Source: Methanothermus fervidus DSM 2088 | GTDB taxonomy: Archaea > Methanobacteriota > Methanobacteria > DSM-2088 > Methanothermaceae | Assembly (NCBI GenBank): GCA_000166095.1 | Contig: CP002278.1 | Coordinates: 150,001-182,000 of the forward strand | Length of the DNA stretch: 32,000 bases | Reading direction: 5' to 3' | Shown here: piece by piece, positions 29,310-32,000 of the stretch | Position numbering within the stretch: position 1 is the first letter of the stretch | Layout of the letters: every line of letters starts with the position of its first letter | Notes under the pieces: generated by a model | What the model was told of the DNA's origin: nothing | What the model saw: the letters and a program-made list of their open reading frames with translations, nothing else | Databases searched by the model: none | Program-made: the position numbers and the translations under genes

Positions 29310-31685
29310 TTGAATAAAAAATTAAGAGAAAAATACGAAAAAATTAAAGACAAAATATCAGAAGAAGAATTTTTAGAACTGATAGAAAAAAAGAAAAAAG
29401 AATTTGAAGATATTAGATTTATGAAAGATAGTAACGACGAAGAAATAGCTGAATTGGTAGTAAGTGAATTTTTAGAGGGAAAAAACGAATATTTATCTGA
29501 TAAAGAAGAATTTGCGATGGATAAAATATCTAAAATTGAAGAAGGTGCTGAAAATTTGACAGTTAAAGGTAGAGTAATGAGAATATCAAATCCTAGGAAG
29601 TTTGTAGATCAAAGAGGTAAAGAAGGTAAGGTAGCAAACGTATTATTAGCAGATGATACAGGAGAAATTAGAGCTGTATTTTGGACAGAAAATATTCCTT
29701 TACTTGAGAAAATAAATGAAGGAGACATAATTGAAATAAAAGGTGTTGAAGCTAAAAGAGGGTTTGGTGGTAGAAAAGAAGTACATTTACAGCCAAGATC
29801 AGAAATAAAAAAATTAAAAGCAGAAGAATATCCAGAATTTCCTGAATATGAGGAAAAATTCATAAAAATCGGTGAAATTACTGGAGATCAATCAGAAGTC
29901 AATGTTATGGGACGTATAGTACATATATCTCCTATAAGGACATATAAACGGGATGGTAAAGAAGGAAAAATGGCAGCAATAAAATTAAAAGATGATAGTG
30001 GTGAGATAAGATATTTACTTTGGAATAGGGACGTAGATATAATCAATGATTTAAAACTTAAAGAAGGAGACGCTGTGAAAATACTTGGAGCTCAAGTTAG
30101 AGAACGAGATGATGAAATTTATTTAAGTCATGGTGGTTTGAGTAGAATAGAAAAAGGTGATTATGACGTACCCAAATTTAAACCTAAAGTACATAAAATT
30201 GGAGAGCTCCATGGTGAAGAACGTGATGTAACTGTAATTGGATTGGTTACAAAAGTCCAAGATATTGTTAAATTTGAAAGACCCGATGGAACAAAAGGAG
30301 CTGTAAAATCAATTAAAATAAAGGATGATACTGGATCTACATATGTAAAACTTTGGGGAGAAGATGCAAAATTAAAAATTAATAAAGGAGATGTAATTAA
30401 AGTAGTTGGAGGAAATGTTGTATTTGATGACTTTACATCTTCCTATTGTATAAATACAAATTGGAACACTAGGATAGAAATTAACCCTGAAAATATAAGT
30501 AATGAATTATCAAATCTTTTAAAAGAATATAAAAATGAATTAAAACCAAAGAAAATAGGTACAATATTAGAAATGGATAGTGAAGAAGGTGAAGAAGTAG
30601 ATGTACTAGGTAGGGTTATAAGTGTAAGTGAACCTCGTGAATTTCAAAGAGATGACGGTATTGGTATAGTGAGATCTGTGGAAATAGCTGATGAAACTGG
30701 AATTATAAGAGCTTCATTTTGGGATGATAAAGCCTCTGAAAAGATAGATATAGGTGATGTACTACAAATAGAAAATGCGCGTATTAGAATAGGAAGTTAT
30801 GGTGTTGAATTAAGTGTTGGAAAAACATCTCGAGTCATTCGAAAAGAAAATACGGCAGTTCCATCTCTTGAGGAACTTGAGAAAAAGATTTTTGTAACAA
30901 AAAATATAAAAGATCTTGAAAGAGATGATAGGCACATAAAAATTATTGGACGTATTATTGATATTGGCGAAATTGCTGAAAATCAAAGAGAAGATGGTTC
31001 AATTATCAAGTTTAGAAGAATGGAAGTTGCAGATAAAACAGGTACAATCGAAGTTTCACTTTGGGATGATAAATATAATCTACCACTCGACATTGGAAAT
31101 GTAGTTGAAATTTATAATCCAAGAGTTGTTTTAAGAAATGAAAGGTTGGAATTAAGAGTAGGTAGGTCATCAGAAATAAAAGTATTGAAAAATGCAAAGG
31201 ATATTCCAAAACTTGAAGAACTGGTGGATTTACATTGGCCAAAAAAAGATATTAAGGATTTAGAACCTGGAGATAGGAACGTAAGAATAACTGGGAAAAT
31301 TGTAGAAATTTCAGGTAGTAGACCAATATCCTACCGTTGTCCAAATTGTCATGAACGTATAGATATAACTGAAGAATCTGTATGTAATTTCTGTGGTGAA
31401 CCAATCGATGAACCAGAACATTTACTAGTGATACCTGCTAAGCTTGTCAATGACACTGGAGAAATACGTGTGGTATTTTTCAGGAGAGAGGCTGAAGAAT
31501 TGATTGAGATGAAAACTGAAGAAATTGTCGAAATAATCAACGAAGTTGGAGAAGAAAATGCATTAGAAGATAGAATTAAAAGTTTTGAAGGAATAGACGT
31601 AACTCTTTTGGGATATGTGAGTGCAGATGAATATACTGGAGAACTCACGTTCATTCCCCGAAAAATAATTAAAAAGGAACTATAA
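29310..31685 (+). CDS. replication protein A (RPA)-like ssDNA-binding protein with multiple OB folds and a zinc finger
   Basis: Six OB-like segments of the form (V)xVxGRVxxIS...DDTGxIRxxxW, and a zinc finger YRCPNCHERIDITEESVCNFCGEP. The track start is GTG 29286; TTG 29310 sits 7 nt after AGGAGG (29297..29302). Confidence 0.9.
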   Translation: MNKKLREKYEKIKDKISEEEFLELIEKKKKEFEDIRFMKDSNDEEIAELVVSEFLEGKNEYLSDKEEFAMDKISKIEEGAENLTVKGRVMRISNPRKFVDQRGKEGKVANVLLADDTGEIRAVFWTENIPLLEKINEGDIIEIKGVEAKRGFGGRKEVHLQPRSEIKKLKAEEYPEFPEYEEKFIKIGEITGDQSEVNVMGRIVHISPIRTYKRDGKEGKMAAIKLKDDSGEIRYLLWNRDVDIINDLKLKEGDAVKILGAQVRERDDEIYLSHGGLSRIEKGDYDVPKFKPKVHKIGELHGEERDVTVIGLVTKVQDIVKFERPDGTKGAVKSIKIKDDTGSTYVKLWGEDAKLKINKGDVIKVVGGNVVFDDFTSSYCINTNWNTRIEINPENISNELSNLLKEYKNELKPKKIGTILEMDSEEGEEVDVLGRVISVSEPREFQRDDGIGIVRSVEIADETGIIRASFWDDKASEKIDIGDVLQIENARIRIGSYGVELSVGKTSRVIRKENTAVPSLEELEKKIFVTKNIKDLERDDRHIKIIGRIIDIGEIAENQREDGSIIKFRRMEVADKTGTIEVSLWDDKYNLPLDIGNVVEIYNPRVVLRNERLELRVGRSSEIKVLKNAKDIPKLEELVDLHWPKKDIKDLEPGDRNVRITGKIVEISGSRPISYRCPNCHERIDITEESVCNFCGEPIDEPEHLLVIPAKLVNDTGEIRVVFFRREAEELIEMKTEEIVEIINEVGEENALEDRIKSFEGIDVTLLGYVSADEYTGELTFIPRKIIKKEL

Positions 31686-31700
31686 TATAAGGAGATAAAA

Positions 31701-32000
31701 ATGACAGAGTTAGAAAATTTACCTAACGTGGGTCAAAAAACTGCCAAAAAATTACGCGATGCTGGATTTGGAGACATAATGAGAATAGCTACTGCAACTC
31801 CAAAAGAATTGGCAGTGAAAGCTGAAATTGGTGAAGGAATAGCAGAAAAAATAATTGCAGCCGCTAGAAAAATAGAAAAAATAGATTTTGAAACAGCATT
31901 GGATGTTGTAGAAAGGCGAAAAAATGTTGGTAGGATTACCACAGGTAGTAAAGCATTAGATGATTTAATAGGTGGTGGAATAGAAACGCAATCTATAACT
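31701..32000 (+). CDS. radA: DNA repair and recombination protein RadA, N-terminal part (truncated by window edge)
   Basis: [57 protein letters not shown]...[29 protein letters not shown]. The HhH domain is followed by the ATPase start. Confidence 0.95.
   Translation, partial: MTELENLPNVGQKTAKKLRDAGFGDIMRIATATPKELAVKAEIGEGIAEKIIAAARKIEKIDFETALDVVERRKNVGRITTGSKALDDLIGGGIETQSIT

Overview
This is an AT-rich archaeal (euryarchaeal, probably methanogen-lineage) chromosomal window that is almost fully coding. From left to right it contains: the 3' end of a ferredoxin-domain protein resembling methanogenesis marker 16/COG1900; thiI; a small 2-TM protein; a minus-strand cluster of a HisA/HisF-related protein, a DUF2149-like protein, a TolQ/ExbB/MotA-like protein and a DUF2162-like transporter; a PepSY-like secreted protein; pgk and tpiA; tRNA-Glu(CTC); cbiE; a YchF-family GTPase; tRNA-Arg(GCG); a fused ChlI/ChlD-type chelatase ATPase; cobN; and cbiL. 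A long co-directional informational block follows: ftsY, pfdA, rpl18a/LX, eif6, rpl31e, an unlisted rpl39e, a PP-loop ATPase, a PDCD5-like gene, rps19e, a YhbY/CRM gene, RNase P rnp4, an adenylate-kinase-like gene, thi4, a DRG GTPase, aglB, topA, a SerB-like HAD fused to a coiled coil, and tbp. Divergent from tbp are a large six-OB-fold RPA and the 5' part of radA. I found no CRISPR array, mobile element, phage region or defence island. The best candidates for a second look are the ExbB-like/DUF2149/DUF2162 membrane module close to cobN and corrin genes, the late-type cobaltochelatase sitting next to CbiE/CbiL genes, the small 2-TM protein, the PepSY protein, the SerB coiled-coil fusion and the enlarged RPA. 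Most of these are probably conserved lineage features rather than clearly new systems.
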